From Vicugna vicugna (Eukaryota): 64,000 nucleotides of DNA. The stretch covers positions 20,607,735-20,671,734 of the forward strand of contig MU059756.1 in NCBI GenBank assembly GCA_013265495.1. The letters run 5' to 3'. The position numbers were made by a program, and so were the translations under genes. Position 1 is the stretch's first letter, and every line of letters starts with the position of its first letter. This document shows, piece after piece, positions 1-12,659 of the stretch. The notes under the pieces were generated by a model. The model saw only the letters and a list, made by a program, of their open reading frames with translations, had not been told where the DNA came from and made no database searches.

Positions 1-621
1 TTCGACTCTGAACCGTTTCTCTCAGAGGATCTTTTTGAGGCTTAGAATTGCCCAAATGGCTGGGGCAGCCCTGGTGTGGTGAGAAGCCACGGCCTTCTCA
101 GCCTAAATGCCGTTGTCCACTATATCCTGCACTTTGTCTCCAGCTCAGTGCATGCATCATCCGTGACTCCCTGTTCCACACAGCTGGAGCTCTGTAGGTG
201 GTCGGCTCCATGGAAATCTGCCTTCGGAAGGACAGTTCTCAGAGGCATCCCAGGCTGATGCATCCTGGCGTTCTGATTGGTGAATCCGTAGCCAATTTGA
301 TTACTCACAGGATAATGCCCATGAAATGAATTCAGATGTTGTATTCCTGTTGGCCTCCCCTCCTAAGTCCACCACTGGTCACCCAGTGGGTCAGGAAAGA
401 GGGCAGCGATGACTCTAGTGCAAATGCTCCTCCAAGACTGGGAAGATGACTCAGGGGAAGTTTGCTCTGGGAGTGGGAAGTGGGAGAGGGCGGTGGGGGC
501 CTTCTGAGAGAAGGCGAATGACCCATGACATCGGTGGGCCTCCTTCCTCCTCCTGCCAACATTTTCTTCTAAGGGTTTTCTGCAAAGATGCCACTCAGCA
601 TGAGTATATATGCTTCCAAGT

Positions 622-1085
622 TTCTTTTTTAAATTTTTATGTACTTTAAAAATAGAAATATAACTGACACACAGGAAAAGGCACATACCTTTAGTGCACA
701 AATCAATGAATTTTTCCATGCGATTAAACCTGCATAACCACCACTTAGATCAAGATATAGAACCAGAAAGTTCCTTCATGCCTCCTCACAGACATTGTCT
801 TCCAAAGGTAACTCTTATTCTGACTTTCATCACTACAGTTTAGTTTGGCCTGTTGTTGAATTTCACATAAGTGGAGTCCGGCGGTGTCTGGCGGTGTGCA
901 CTCCTTCACGTCTGGATTCTCTCACTCACTGTGAGACTCTCCTCGTTATTGTGTGTTAACACCTCATCATTTTTCACTGCTGGATAGTATTCAATTGTTT
1001 GAAGATACTACAATTTATTAACCCATTTTACCTATGGTGCACATGGGGGCTATTTTCAGTTTAGGTTTATTATAAATGAAGCTAT
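622..1085 (-). mobile_element. Old L1 (L1MC/L1ME-type) 3' fragment
   Basis: T-rich start followed by antisense L1 3'-UTR phrases (aaccaccact..agatcaagatatagaac..; ttgaatttcacataagtggagtc..; ggatagtattcaattg). Confidence 0.7.
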
Positions 1086-1159
1086 TTGCTTCATAGCTTC
1101 TTAGTTAACACTTGTCTAATGGTCATTGTAAGCCAAATTCTGGGTACTTGACAAGTACT

Positions 1160-1345
1160 GTCACTTAATCTTAACCTCACAATAAATGAAGGATAAGTGT
1201 TATTGTTCTCCCCATTTTACAAGTGAGTAAAGTAAGGCAGAAAGAGGTTAAATAACTTCCCAGGATACATAGCTAAAAGTAGTACAACTCAGATTTAAAC
1301 TCTAGAAGGCAGTTTATCTCAACAACCTGTCTTCTTAACCATCTT
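1160..1345 (-). mobile_element. MIR SINE
   Basis: MIR core in reverse: ccccattttacaagtgagtaaagtaaggcagaaagaggttaaataacttccc. Confidence 0.75.
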
Positions 1346-1387
1346 GCTAAGTAGCTGCCTGTTAAAGTTAAAGGTATTAGCCAAACC

Positions 1388-1492
1388 ACTTACTTGCTGT
1401 ATGACCTTGGGCAAGTCTCTTAATTACTTAATTATAAACTTGCGATAATAAGTCCTTCCATTCATAGAGTTATTGTGAGGGTTAAACAAGTA
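1388..1492 (+). mobile_element. MIR SINE fragment
   Basis: cacttacttgctgtatgaccttgggcaagtctcttaa...gttattgtgagggttaaa. Confidence 0.7.
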
Positions 1493-1544
1493 AGGCAGAT
1501 AAGGCAAACACTGTTGCCTGATTAACCCAATAGCCATTCCCAAT

Positions 1545-1995
1545 CCCCTCTTGCCAGCCTCCCTACAGAGGCTATAAGAGCTAAATGCTCCCTTCCTAGG
1601 CTTCTTTGCTGCTAGAGGTATCAAAGCACCCCAGTTCTACAAAATGAGATTGATAGGATATAGGCTAAGGGGCTTCTGGAAAAATTTTGCTTCCTTATGA
1701 AAAGAATATGTAAGAAAGAAAAATTCTCTTGGTGTGTGCTCTTCCTCCCTCCTTCCTCCCTTTAATGCAGATGTGACGTCTGGCACAGTGGCAGCCATCT
1801 TGTGAAGCCAAGGATGAAAGTCAACCCACTAGAGATGATGGAAGAGAAAGAGAAAAAGAGCCTTTCTCCTTGATGATACTGCTGATCCTGCCAAGCCAGG
1901 ACTAGAATGCCTAACTGCAGACTTCCTATTAAATAAACAACAAATGGCTGGGGATTAAGTTACTCTTGGTTAGGGTTTCTATCACTCGCAATATA
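1545..1995 (+). mobile_element. Old ERVL/MaLR solo LTR (MLT1J/K/L- or LTR16-like)
   Basis: gcagccatcttgtga..gatgaaagtcaac..ccttgatgatactgctga..cagacttcct..aataaac..ttaag..gggtttctatcactcgcaa resembles this LTR group's 3' half. Confidence 0.6.
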
Positions 1996-2819
1996 AATGA
2001 CAAACTATGTAAAATGCTTATCACGACGCCTGGCATAAGGTAAGAGTTCAACACATATTAGATTATTAGGTGGACCTCTGTCTAATTGGAACCTGGGACC
2101 AAATGCCTTCACCTCCTTTAATCTGCTAATGATTTTCAAAAGGCACTTTTTAGGCACCATCAGAGGGAGGCTATTATGCCTCCTGGCATCATCTGTGAGC
2201 CTCAGGGATGGATCGCTCCCCGCATCCTCCAACAAAGCAATAGGCAGCTGGACCTGTCAGCGTTCCCGGAGGTATTCTCTAGGCTGATGCCTATGAAAGC
2301 TGAGCTGCCTCACACACCCACAGAAAGCATCAGAAAGGAAAATTACCACAGCTAAATGTGATTTGTATTTTTCCACTTTATTAAAAAAGAAGTTCAGAAA
2401 CTTCTAGGGCGGTTTTCACCATGAGTCTTGACAAGAACATGCATGAGGCTGGGTGGCTGCAGTAGGTGAGGCTGAGGGACCAGAGAAAATAGCACTCAGC
2501 AGCAGCCGGGGAGCCACGCCTTGTTATCCTTAGCCTGGCTGGCCTGCCTTTGTGCGATGAGGCATGAGCAAGACACACTCCCTAGAACGGAATCCTACTA
2601 TTGTTTTAAAATTTTAAGCATTACTTAGCAATTTACTTTAAAATTTTTTTGATTAGATTTTTGTTTGTCTAGGTCCAATACAACAAGTAAGTATTGAGTG
2701 CCTGCTCTGATCAAGGCACCCAGGTATCTAAGTGACACGGAGAAAGGCAAGTGGAAGAGATAGTGATTTGTTTGGTATTTCACACGGCCTTTCCCTTGAC
2801 AGCTGCAACTGGGCTTATC

Positions 2820-2900
2820 TTCCCCTCCTAACACCAGCACACTGGGCATTGAGATTTTAGCATATGAACTTGGGGGGGCACAAATATTCAGACCACGGCA
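2820..2900 (-). mobile_element. MaLR LTR (MLT1/MST-type) 5' terminal fragment
   Basis: gagattttagcatatgaacttggggggg cacaaatattcagaccacggca is the reverse complement of the MLT1A/MST LTR start. Confidence 0.65.
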
Positions 2901-3029
2901 CTGGCCTTTCAGCATACTTGACAAAACAGATAATCTATGTGAAGAAAAAAGTGGTAGAGGAGGAAACATGACAATGCCAACATCAGAAGTCTTTATTTGG
3001 AAAGGTCAGATGCAAAAGGCCCTAAGCAT

Positions 3030-3367
3030 CAATAATTCATACGTTGAAATCCTAATGCCCAATGTGCTGGTGTTCGGAGGTGAGGCCTCCGAGAGGTGCT
3101 TAGGTCATGAGAGTGGAGCCCTTAGGAATGGAATTAGTGCCTTTATGAAAGAGACCCCACAGAACTCCCTATACTCTTCCATCATGTAAGGACACAGAGA
3201 GAAAATATTGGCCTTGAACCAGGAAGAGGGCCTTCACTAGAAGGTGACCATGCTGGTGTCTTGGTCTTGGACTCCCAGCTTCCAGGACTGTGAAAAATAA
3301 ATTTCTGTTGTTTACAGGCTGCCCGGTTTGTGGAATTTTGTTACAGCAGCCCCGACGGACTAAGACA
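3030..3367 (+). mobile_element. MLT1A-type MaLR solo LTR
   Basis: attcatacgttgaaatcctaatgcccaatgtg...ggactcccagcttccaggactgtgaaaaataaatttctgttgttta...gttacagcagccccgacggactaagaca. Confidence 0.85.
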
Positions 3368-5232
3368 GAAGGGGATGAGCAAGTAGGTGAAAGGGATTAG
3401 CTGGCTATTAAGTAACACACGAAAGTAAGGTATTCATTAATTACCATTTCTGTCCTTTAGTCCTCTTTCTGCTTGTTAAGCTATCTCCTAAACAACAAAA
3501 CTCAAAAGCTTACAGTGTCAGGACAAAGTTCCTAGAATCTGAAGATCTCTGTCCTCCACAAACATGGAAATGAGAATGAACTTGTTACTCACTGGAGTCA
3601 AGTTCTAGGCTGGAAATGCTGAGGCAGAGTTGGGAGCCCCGAAGTCTATTGGGTTTTGTGGGTGTCAGTGCCATTGTTCTTTGGACGAGCTGCTTCTCCT
3701 CTTTGAGACCCAGTTTCCCTGACTATGAATCCTCTTCTCCGTAAGGGACCATCACTGCTGCGCTTGGCCTCTCTGCTGAGACGGGTCATTTTCAGAACTT
3801 GGACTGGGTGGAAGATGCAAGTTGAGGATGGAACCACACACAGCAAGACCCATTGCATCACTGGGACTCCAGGAAAGGACCTTGTGTTTCACTGTCTCCT
3901 GGAATGTGGTCTATGTCCTGACATGTCATCAAAGATAGGTGGCCCATCTTCGGGGAGTGGGAACCAGGTGCCCATTCATTCCCAAATAAAGAGAAGGGGC
4001 CAAGAGAACAGGAATCAATCATTAACTAGGAAGTCCTAGGTATACATGCGAGCTGGTAGCTCACACAAAGGTACAAAGAACACAAGCTGAAGTGGGTACA
4101 AAGCTTGTTTCCAGTTTATGTGTGATTACAGTAACTTATTAACTTTGTAGGAGTGAATCTTCTCTGCAGAAATATTCCTCATAATGAATTGAATCAGTTG
4201 AAATCAATATGAGAAACCATGCTTTATGTAAGAGATGTTGTGAGTAATGAATTTTAATCAAATACGTTAAGTGATGAGGCGAACTGGCTGTTGGAAAGAA
4301 TTCCATAGTGACTCCTCATTTAATGGGATTAATTACCACCTAATTTGTCACCTGTGTAAAGAAGCATTCTGATTTTAATTTGCCTAAAATCCAGACTCTC
4401 TTATGCTCTTGTTCCCTAACACATTCACAACTCCAGAGGGAAATGGCTCGCTCTCCTTATTCACTGAATTTGCATCTCAGCTTAAAATAACATAAATCAG
4501 TACTTGGATACACACATCCACATAAACATCATCTTCAGGGTTTCATTCGTTAACCAACCTCCAACTGCTGCTACCCTCAGTATCTCTTAAATGCTGGCAG
4601 CACAGTCTCCCCTGCTAAGAAACGCACCAGCAACACCAACTGGGGAGGCGCCCCCGGCACTGTTATTGGAGCACAGCATCTTCTGATGAATCTTCGGGAC
4701 CCATTAAAATGCTACTCTGCAGCCACCGCTGACAGATGCTATTAAACACATCAATCTGGAAAGACAGACTCTGGCAACATGAGCTAACTTGGGTGAACCG
4801 TGGAAGCTGTATAAAAATTGGCTCAACTTGAAGAATAATTTTGCTTTTGGTGGTCTACTAATTCAGAATAAATTTGTAAGTGTTGCTGCTGGGAAAAGAA
4901 TTATTCACAATGTGACACTGCCCATTCTATACGTCGTAAACCACTCCTTTAATATATTCTTAGGTTCCCCCTGGCACTGTTAGGGTCAGACAGGGATCCT
5001 CTACATGCACACATGCTTAATTTGAGGCAGCTCTACCTCACGGCTTTCTTTCAAAAGTAATTTCCAGGTCTAAATATCCAGCCTGGCATTCTCTCTCGTG
5101 TTCCAGGCCCCTAGCTTAGATCCCTTTTGGGCTTTATATTCAAAATCAGTAAGTCTATTAACTGGTTTTTCTTTCCCCATCAAACTAGCTCCTCTGGGCT
5201 TGTTTCTGCCATCACCCTTACCCTTATCCAAG

Positions 5233-5806
5233 TTCTTTTTATTTACTTTTTAAAATAAATGTTGTATATATTTAGGATGCACAACATGATGATTTGATAT
5301 AAATATGTACAATGAAATAATTACAACAGTCAAGTTAACTAACACAGCATCTCCTTGTGTGGCTACCATATTTTGTATGTGATGTGAACACTTGAAATCT
5401 ACTCTTCTAGCAAATTTCCAGGATCCTATACAGTATATTAACTAGAGTCATCATGCTGTACATGAGACCTCTAGACTTTTTCATCCTATGGAACTGTACC
5501 CTACAGACCTTTGTACCCATTGATCAGTATCTCATTTCCCCCACTGCTCCATCCCTGGGAACTACCGTTCTACTCTCTGCTTCCCTGTACTCGATTTTTT
5601 GTAGATCCCACATAGAAGTGAGATCATGTCATTTTTTCCTTTCTATGCCTGACTTGTTTCACTTAGCATAATGTCCTCCAGGTTCACCCATGTTGTTGCA
5701 GAGACCTTCTTTTTCAAGGCTGAATAATATTCTATTGTGTGTATGTGCACATCTCATAATTTCTTTGAGATATGTATATCTCACAATTTCTTTATCCATT
5801 CATCCA
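5233..5806 (-). mobile_element. L1 (L1MA-type) 3' end
   Basis: Antisense L1 3' UTR/ORF2 end: cacttgaaatctactctt..agcaaatttc..; tttgtagatcccacatagaagtgagatcatg; cacttagcataatgtcctccaggttcacccatgttg. Confidence 0.85.
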
Positions 5807-5930
5807 AAGTCACACAGCTCACAAAATGGGGAATCTTATTCCTCTAGATACCAAGGCTAATAAGGGAAGCACTTTGTTTGCATTGTGGTGAAATATTAAG
5901 CTACAGATGAACACACACATACCAAGACAA

Positions 5931-5932
<2 letters not shown>

Positions 5933-5966
<34 letters not shown>
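5933..5966. repeat. (AC)17 microsatellite
   Basis: Direct reading. Confidence 0.95.
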
Positions 5967-5970
<4 letters not shown>

Positions 5971-6869
5971 CTAAATGATTCAACAGTAAGGAAGACTTGT
6001 TTCTGCCCCACCAAACATACAAATTCCTCCTGTATCTAGTTAGAAGGAAATGAGTGGGTCATTCCCTAGTCCCTAGGACAGATGCCCATGTGTCCTGTCA
6101 GCCAGACTACAGGGACACGTCTTTCTAGCTCAGAGGCTGCTTTTAGCAGACAGATTCGCATCTCACCCTAAAAGCACTTATCAACTGTTAGGTCTCTGCA
6201 TGCTGGAGCAGAAGCACTCTGGCTTCATAAAGCTATGGGGCTGTAATTGCATTCACAAGTCTTCATCCAGAAAATCTACTTTTTACTAAACCCTTATCAA
6301 ATAATGATATATAGAAAAGCCAAAATTGTTCTTCACGAGATCATGAATAGCATTTCTATTGGCTGTGTAATTGAATCAAGACCACTTCAGCTTTGGCTCC
6401 TCTCTCTGAAATCCACCCTTTCATTCACAACCTAAGCAAGTGACAGCAGCATAAAAAAAGTACAAGCAAACTATCTAAGCCACACAGAGAAAAGGAATTC
6501 TCCTTTCTATGTACAGCTGTACACACGACCTAGGGAGGAATATGCCAGGTATCAATTTTGATTTCTGTTTCACCATAATAAATCCACAATCAGTCTAGGT
6601 AAACACTGCTGAGCAAAGGGAGGAAAGTGAAGTCTTCTTTGAAAATGTGATAAAATTTCTAAAAAGTGGAAAAACTATCAAGTTGGAATCTCCAGCCTCA
6701 TAAATGAGCCCTGATTCTCTCATTTCCACTGCACACAGGTCATTTCTTCTTGGATGACAAATTATCACCAAATCACAGGTACCAGCCTAAACTGAGCAAT
6801 TCCAAAATAATTCTCCTGATGCTGCCAATGGCACCAGTTAGGTTTAATGTATGAAAGGAAATTTGACAT

Positions 6870-7110
6870 AGGTATAGTAGATACAGAGAACAGAGTAGTG
6901 GTTACCAGACAGGGAGGGGTCAGGGGGGTTCCTGGGTGACATGGGTAAAGAGAAAGAGGATCAATTGTGTGTTAACAGATGGGAACTAAATTTTTGGTGG
7001 TGAGCATGTTGTAGGGTATACAGAAATAGGAATATAATGTGGTACACATGAACCTTATACAATGTGATCAATCCATGTTACCTCAATACAAAATAAACTT
7101 AAAAAATACA
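6870..7110 (+). mobile_element. L1 3' UTR fragment (laurasiatherian-type)
   Basis: atacagagaacagagtagtggttaccag..gggaactaaatttttggtggtgagcatg..tacacatgaaccttatacaatg..gttacctcaata plus A-rich tail. Confidence 0.8.
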
Positions 7111-7214
7111 TTATTCTTCCCCCCCAAAAAAAAGAGAGAAAAAGAAAATTTGATGTCTTTCTCAAGTTTGTTTTTGATATCCTGTCAAACTTAGTCCTTG
7201 TTTAGCCTTCAATT

Positions 7215-7870
7215 AAAACAATTATTTAGAATCCACTATGTACTTAATACCATGCTAAGTGTTGGGGAGAAAATAACAAACTGAATCACCAGCCTCACAG
7301 AACTTAATATTCAGTGGAGCAAGCCAATTATTAAGCATGAGGGTAGAATGCAGTATAATTAGGTCAGGGCAGTGTCCAAGCATGTCAGAGGTGCGCCAAA
7401 GGCACACATAGGTCAGGGAGGTAGAGCACTTCTAAGAGAAGTTACCTCTCAGACTGGATGTGAGGAATGAGTCAAAGACAGTCCATGAAGAATAGGATGA
7501 GCGGAAAGGAGGGGGAACAGGATTTGAAACAGAAAGAGCATCACATACAAAATTGCAGCCTGAGAGAGCATGAAGTCTTATGTCTGGAGCCTAAGATGCA
7601 AAATGATCTGGCACCAGATTGCATGGGGCCTTATAAGATATGTATGAGCTCTGGCCTTTATCCCAATGAGTTTGAACAGAGAGGTGATGTGATCAGCTTT
7701 GTGCTTTCAATAGGTCATCCTGGTGAGGGCAGAGAGTTGGCTGGAGCCTGGCCAGTGTTGGAGCCAGGGAAAGCAGCCAGACACTGCTTCAGAGAAGAGG
7801 AGCCGCTGTCCTGGACACAGGTAGTGGCCAAGGAGATGGAGAGAAGGGAGTGGCTCTGGATCTCTCCTGG
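7215..7870 (-). mobile_element. L2 LINE 3' region
   Basis: Reverse L2 phrases (ctatgtacttaataccatgctaagtgttgggga; tttatcccaatgagtttgaacagagaggtgatgtgatcagctttgtg). Confidence 0.7.
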
Positions 7871-7959
7871 ACTGGGTTCCTTTACCATCACTCTCAGTCC
7901 CATCACAGGGCCCCCACAAAGTAAATGCTTGAGGATCCACAAAGCATACACAAATCTGA

Positions 7960-8178
7960 AGCCAGACTGCTCTGTTCAAACCTCAACTCCACTCCTCGTT
8001 GGCTTTGTGACAAGGGGTAAGTTATCGAACCTCTCGGGTCCTCAGTTTTCTCAAAAGTAAAATGGGGATAATAATAGTGTATACACATATGCCATAGTAA
8101 ATACACGTTAAATACATAGTTAATATACAGGCACTTAGAGCAACACCAGGCATGTAAGAAGCACTCAACAAGTATTAA
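7960..8178 (+). mobile_element. MIR SINE
   Basis: ctcagttttctcaaaagtaaaatggggataataatag...gcactcaacaagtatta. Confidence 0.75.
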
Positions 8179-8489
8179 TTATTATTGTTATTAAATGTGT
8201 TTGGTGTTATACTGTCATTTCTTTTACTCACAATCTCAGCACACCTTACCCAGTCTCCTCCACAATGGCATCTTAAACAGCCTTCCCACCTTACTCTTCC
8301 CTTGCCTAACTCTACTCTGTACATGATTTCTAGATTAATCTTCCAGACATCTTTCATCATGTCATGATCTTTTAAACCTCCCAGTTAAGTCCCTAAATCC
8401 TTCATCTAATTATTAAAACACTTCCTGAACTTGGTCTAATTTATTCTTCCCTCAGCTTATTTCCCATTATAGTCATACTCTGGGGTGTA

Positions 8490-8548
8490 TCCTTTTGGTT
8501 TATGAGAATTTAAATTTATGTCCTTTTGGTTTATGAGAATTTAAATTT
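8490..8548. repeat. Exact 28-bp tandem duplication (31-bp period)
   Basis: tccttttggtttatgagaatttaaattt at 8490-8517 and 8521-8548. Confidence 0.95.
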
Positions 8549-9582
8549 GCAAGGAGTTTCAGGTCATACCTGCTTTGGCTTGTGAAGATGCATTCATTCA
8601 CATTTATGAGAACTGCTTTGGATGGTGTGCACCTCTCAAGTCGCTGAGCACTAGGAAACAAGAGCCCCCATGAGGTCATCTTCCCAGCGATGCAGTATTC
8701 CCAGTATTTTTGGCTAGCAAGTCTACAGTAGTGACAAGCTTATGCACAGTTTGCATTGCTTTTATTGATTTATTTTGTCTTTTGTGGGCTAAAAAAGGAC
8801 AATAAAAGTTTAAGGGTATGGTATGCAATACCCATAAGTGAACTGAATGAAAGCATTTAGCCTTATCATAGAGTAATTAATGAAGGGACATTGTCTTGGA
8901 AGGCCATCAAGACAACTAACGTCACCTACTGAAATGAGGATGTCCATTTTAAGGGGATTTGGTGTTGTTTTTATGATTGGATTAATTTCAGGGCTCAGGA
9001 AGTAGCAACATCTCTTGAAATTAAAAATAATTATGTTATAGACTTTATAGGAACTTGCCTTATAGAGGTTTTCTGGAAGAAATTATCCTGGAAAGATAGA
9101 GAAAGACTGGTTTTTTTTCCCTCGAAAGGCATTCTGTGCCTAATGGTGGGTATTAACTTCTTCCCCTTCACACATGTTACCAATTCCCACTTTTTTGGCT
9201 TTCCTGGTGCTCTGCCCTCTACCTCAGCTTCTCCTCACTTTTCTTCTACCATTTTTACCAAAGCTTGACATTATTGCTCAATCCTCTGTCTTCTGTGAAG
9301 GCTTTTGTAATAATTATAACTCACATTGACATTTCTCTTCTCTAAACATCTATTGTCTGTTCCTTATACTTTTGTTTATATCTTTTTTGAGTATATAAAT
9401 AATGTGTAATTAATATATAATAAACAGCTTATATTTCACTTCTTTCTTTGTTATTAAAATTACAATCCATTGTTGCTATTCTTGCTGAAACCCTCAATTG
9501 TCTTATAAAGACATGTAATAAATAAGGGAAAAAGTATTTTATATTTATCCCCATATATACCTCATTTCCTCTCTTCTGGTAT

Positions 9583-10127
9583 ATCAGCTACATATCACTG
9601 TATAATAAATTATCCCAGAACTGAGTAGCTTAAAACAACATGTATTATTTCACAGTTTCTGTGGGTCAGGAATTGGGGTACTCTGTCTCAGGATCTCTCA
9701 TGAAGCTACAGGCAAGGTGCTCAGCGCTTCAATCAAAACAAGGCTCAACTGGGGAAGAATCTGCTTCTAAGTTCATTCATCTGGTAGTTGGCATAATTCT
9801 GGTGAGCTTTTGGACTGAAGACCTCAATTTCTTTCTGGCTGTTGGCCAGAGGCCACCCTCAGTTCTTTACCACTTATGTTTCTTTAGCATGTAGCACACA
9901 GCATGATAGACTGTGTCATCTGAGTGAGCAAATGAGAAAAAACAGAGAAGAATGTGAGCAAGATAGAAATCATTCTTTTATAACCTAACTTGGAAGTGAT
10001 GTCCCAGCACTCTTGATGCACTACAATCATTAGAAGCAAGTCTCTAGGTCCATCTCATACACAGGAAAGGGAATTATACCAGGAAGTGGGGATCATTGGC
10101 AACTACTGTAGAAGCTGACTAGTACTA
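9583..10127 (-). mobile_element. MLT1-type MaLR solo LTR (MLT1F/G/H-like), apparently nested in an old L1
   Basis: aattatcccagaactgagtagcttaaaacaaca..tcacagtttctgtgggtcaggaatt..ttggccagaggccaccctcagttc..ataacctaacttggaagtga. Confidence 0.8.
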
Positions 10128-10189
10128 AGTTTTTTTGAGGAGGTGTATATATATATATACATACATATATAGTACACAACACAGTGTTA

Positions 10190-11790
10190 TTTTTAAAGAC
10201 AATTGCCCGAAGAAGTTCCTTCAACATTTAAGCATGTCTTACTTACTTGTCTGTTGACGACACATTCTTTAAGCTTTTGTGTTGGAAGAAATATTTACTT
10301 TGCCTTTTTTGAAAGTTATTTTTGCTGGGTACAAAATTCTAGATCGATAGTTTTTTATTTCAGTCTTTTAAAGCTATTGCTTCACTTTCTTCTCACTTGT
10401 GGTTGTTTCTCTGAGAAGTCTGCTATAATTTTTATCTTTTTTTTATTAATTGTCTTTTTTTCTGACTGCTTTAAGTTCATTTTCTTTTTCATTGATCTTA
10501 AACATTTGATTAAGATGTGTCTTGGTGGAGTTGTCTTTATGTTTCTTTTGTGTGGAATTTGTCAAACCTCCTGAATTTCTAAGTGAATAGTTTTCATCAA
10601 ATTGGGAAACATTTCAGCCATTAGGTTTTCAAATATTTTTTCTATACCTCCCATTTCCTTCAAGGACATGTATATTAGGCCAGTTGAAGTTGCCCCACAA
10701 CTCATCACTGCTTTGTGCATTTATTTTGTAAGTATTTTTTCTCATGTGTCATTTTGGAAATTTTCTATTGCTTTGTCTTCAAGTTTACTAAGTTTTCTTA
10801 TGCTGTGTCTAGTTCTGTTAGTCCTATTCAGTGTTGTTTCATATTTGACATTTTAAATCTTTTTCTATAGGTTTGATTTGACTCAAAAAGTCTTCCACAT
10901 CCCTCTTTAAAATGCTCTTTCCTTCTTTTATCTGTTTGAAAATATGGAGTACATTTATTATAATTATCTTAATGTTCTTTTCTACTAATTCTATCATCTG
11001 TATCATTTCTAGGTCTGGATCTATTGATCAAATTTTCTCCTCTTTATGAGTTCTATTTTATTGCTTCTTTATATGCCTAATAATTTTTGACTAGAAGGCA
11101 GACATTATGCCTTTTTATGTTGTCAAGTGTTAAATATTATGGGTTTTTTTGCATTATTTTAAGTGTTTCAACTTTGTTCTGGGACATGGCTAATTACTTG
11201 GAAACATTTTGATCCTTTCATAGCTTGTATTTAAATTTTGTTAGGTGGGATCACAACAGCCCTTAGCCTAGGGTTAGCTTGTATCTTTCTGAGTACTGAA
11301 CCTGATTCCGCATGCATTATGAAGTTTCTCTCCTCTGGTTCCTGGGAACATGAATGATTTCCAATCTTGTGTGAATGTCAGGAATTTTTCTGCCAACTCC
11401 TTTCTGGTGATACTTTCCTCAACTCCAGGAAATTTTCACACAACTCAGGACTTGAAAAGAACCCTCTTCAGGTTCTGGAACTCTCTCTCTCTCTGTAGTT
11501 CTGGTACCCTTCTTTGGGAATTCTACCTGCTTTGTCACCCCCTATAATTCTCAACTCTGCCTCTTCAACTCAGAGAGAATCCCTGGATCTGCCTAAGTTC
11601 TTTTTCTCTGCACCCTAGCCTGAAAACTCTAAGAATCAAGCTGAGGCAATTGTTGGGCTCATCTTGTTTATTTCCCTTCTCTTAGAAATTACTGCCTTTT
11701 ATCCAATATTGAAAAACTGCTGATGCATATATTTTCTTCTAATTTTTTTTTTAGTTGTTTAAGGTAGAAAGTTAAATCTGGTCTTTGTTC
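10190..11790 (-). mobile_element. Old L1M (ORF1/5' region) fragment
   Basis: T-rich antisense L1: ttttgctgggtacaaaattctag; tctgagaagtctgctataatt; tgattaagatgtgtcttgg; catcaaattgggaaacatttcagccatta. Confidence 0.75.
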
Positions 11791-12659
11791 CTCCATCACA
11801 TTCAGAAGTAGAAATTGATTTCATATCCTTTAGTAACCTATTACACATTTTATTCCTTCCCACCAAATTTTCATATATCCCTTATGTTCTTCGAAAAGTA
11901 CTCTTAGAGGCCAGAACCCATATCATCTGCCTTCTTTTGCACCATGCACAGTGCTCTGCACATAGTGAAAATATATATTTCTCTTTACATAGTCCCCTGG
12001 AAGGATTGGCTGTGAACTATCTTCTTGTTGCTTCTATAATAGTGCATCCTTGTGGTCCCTCTCTTATTTCTGTCTTCTCCATATTTAGCTCCTCTTACCA
12101 CTGCATAAATATAGGAACTTCCCTTCACAATGTCACTCAATCTGATGGCTTCAGCTATTATCTTTGTCAAGTACTTAGTAGCAAATTTACGACACCAAAG
12201 GGTCTCAAATTGAAATTTATGTGCCAAACATCTTAAAGGTGAACAAAGGTGAAAAACTGCCATCTGGCAAAATTAGTCTAATTATTCCAATTACTATGCT
12301 GGTTGAAACCCATTATTTTGGCTTATTCCCCACCTTCTGATCCTAACCTCCCACTCCCTGCTGTGATTCTCAGTGTCTTCCCAACTCAGCTGATAGTAAC
12401 TCGTGACTTTCCAAGACTTTCCCTGGTTGGTCCTAAGTGCCTGTCTCTTAGATCACAGACAGAGCCTGAGGTCCATTTGCTGTTTCTGGTACTGTTCCTG
12501 TATATCTGAGTTTCATCTCTGGCTAGATCTGTGTTGTGCTAAGGCCAACAGTATTCCGGAGGTGCTTGCTAATCCCTATTTATACTGCAGTTGCAAAATT
12601 CTTCCGCCTTCCAGCTGGAAAAACTGGTTTTGTAGATGAAGATATCAATGAAATTACTG

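Noticed and set aside
3515-3990. Possible old ERVL/Gypsy-type LTR on the minus strand
   Set aside because: The end has an LTR-like feel, but I could not match it to a family with enough confidence; needs a Dfam search.
7467-8060. 197-aa ORF
   Set aside because: Lies across L2 and MIR remnants; no recognisable protein similarity.
10203-10856. Hydrophobic Phe/Leu-rich ORFs resembling membrane proteins
   Set aside because: Antisense translation of T-rich old L1 sequence.
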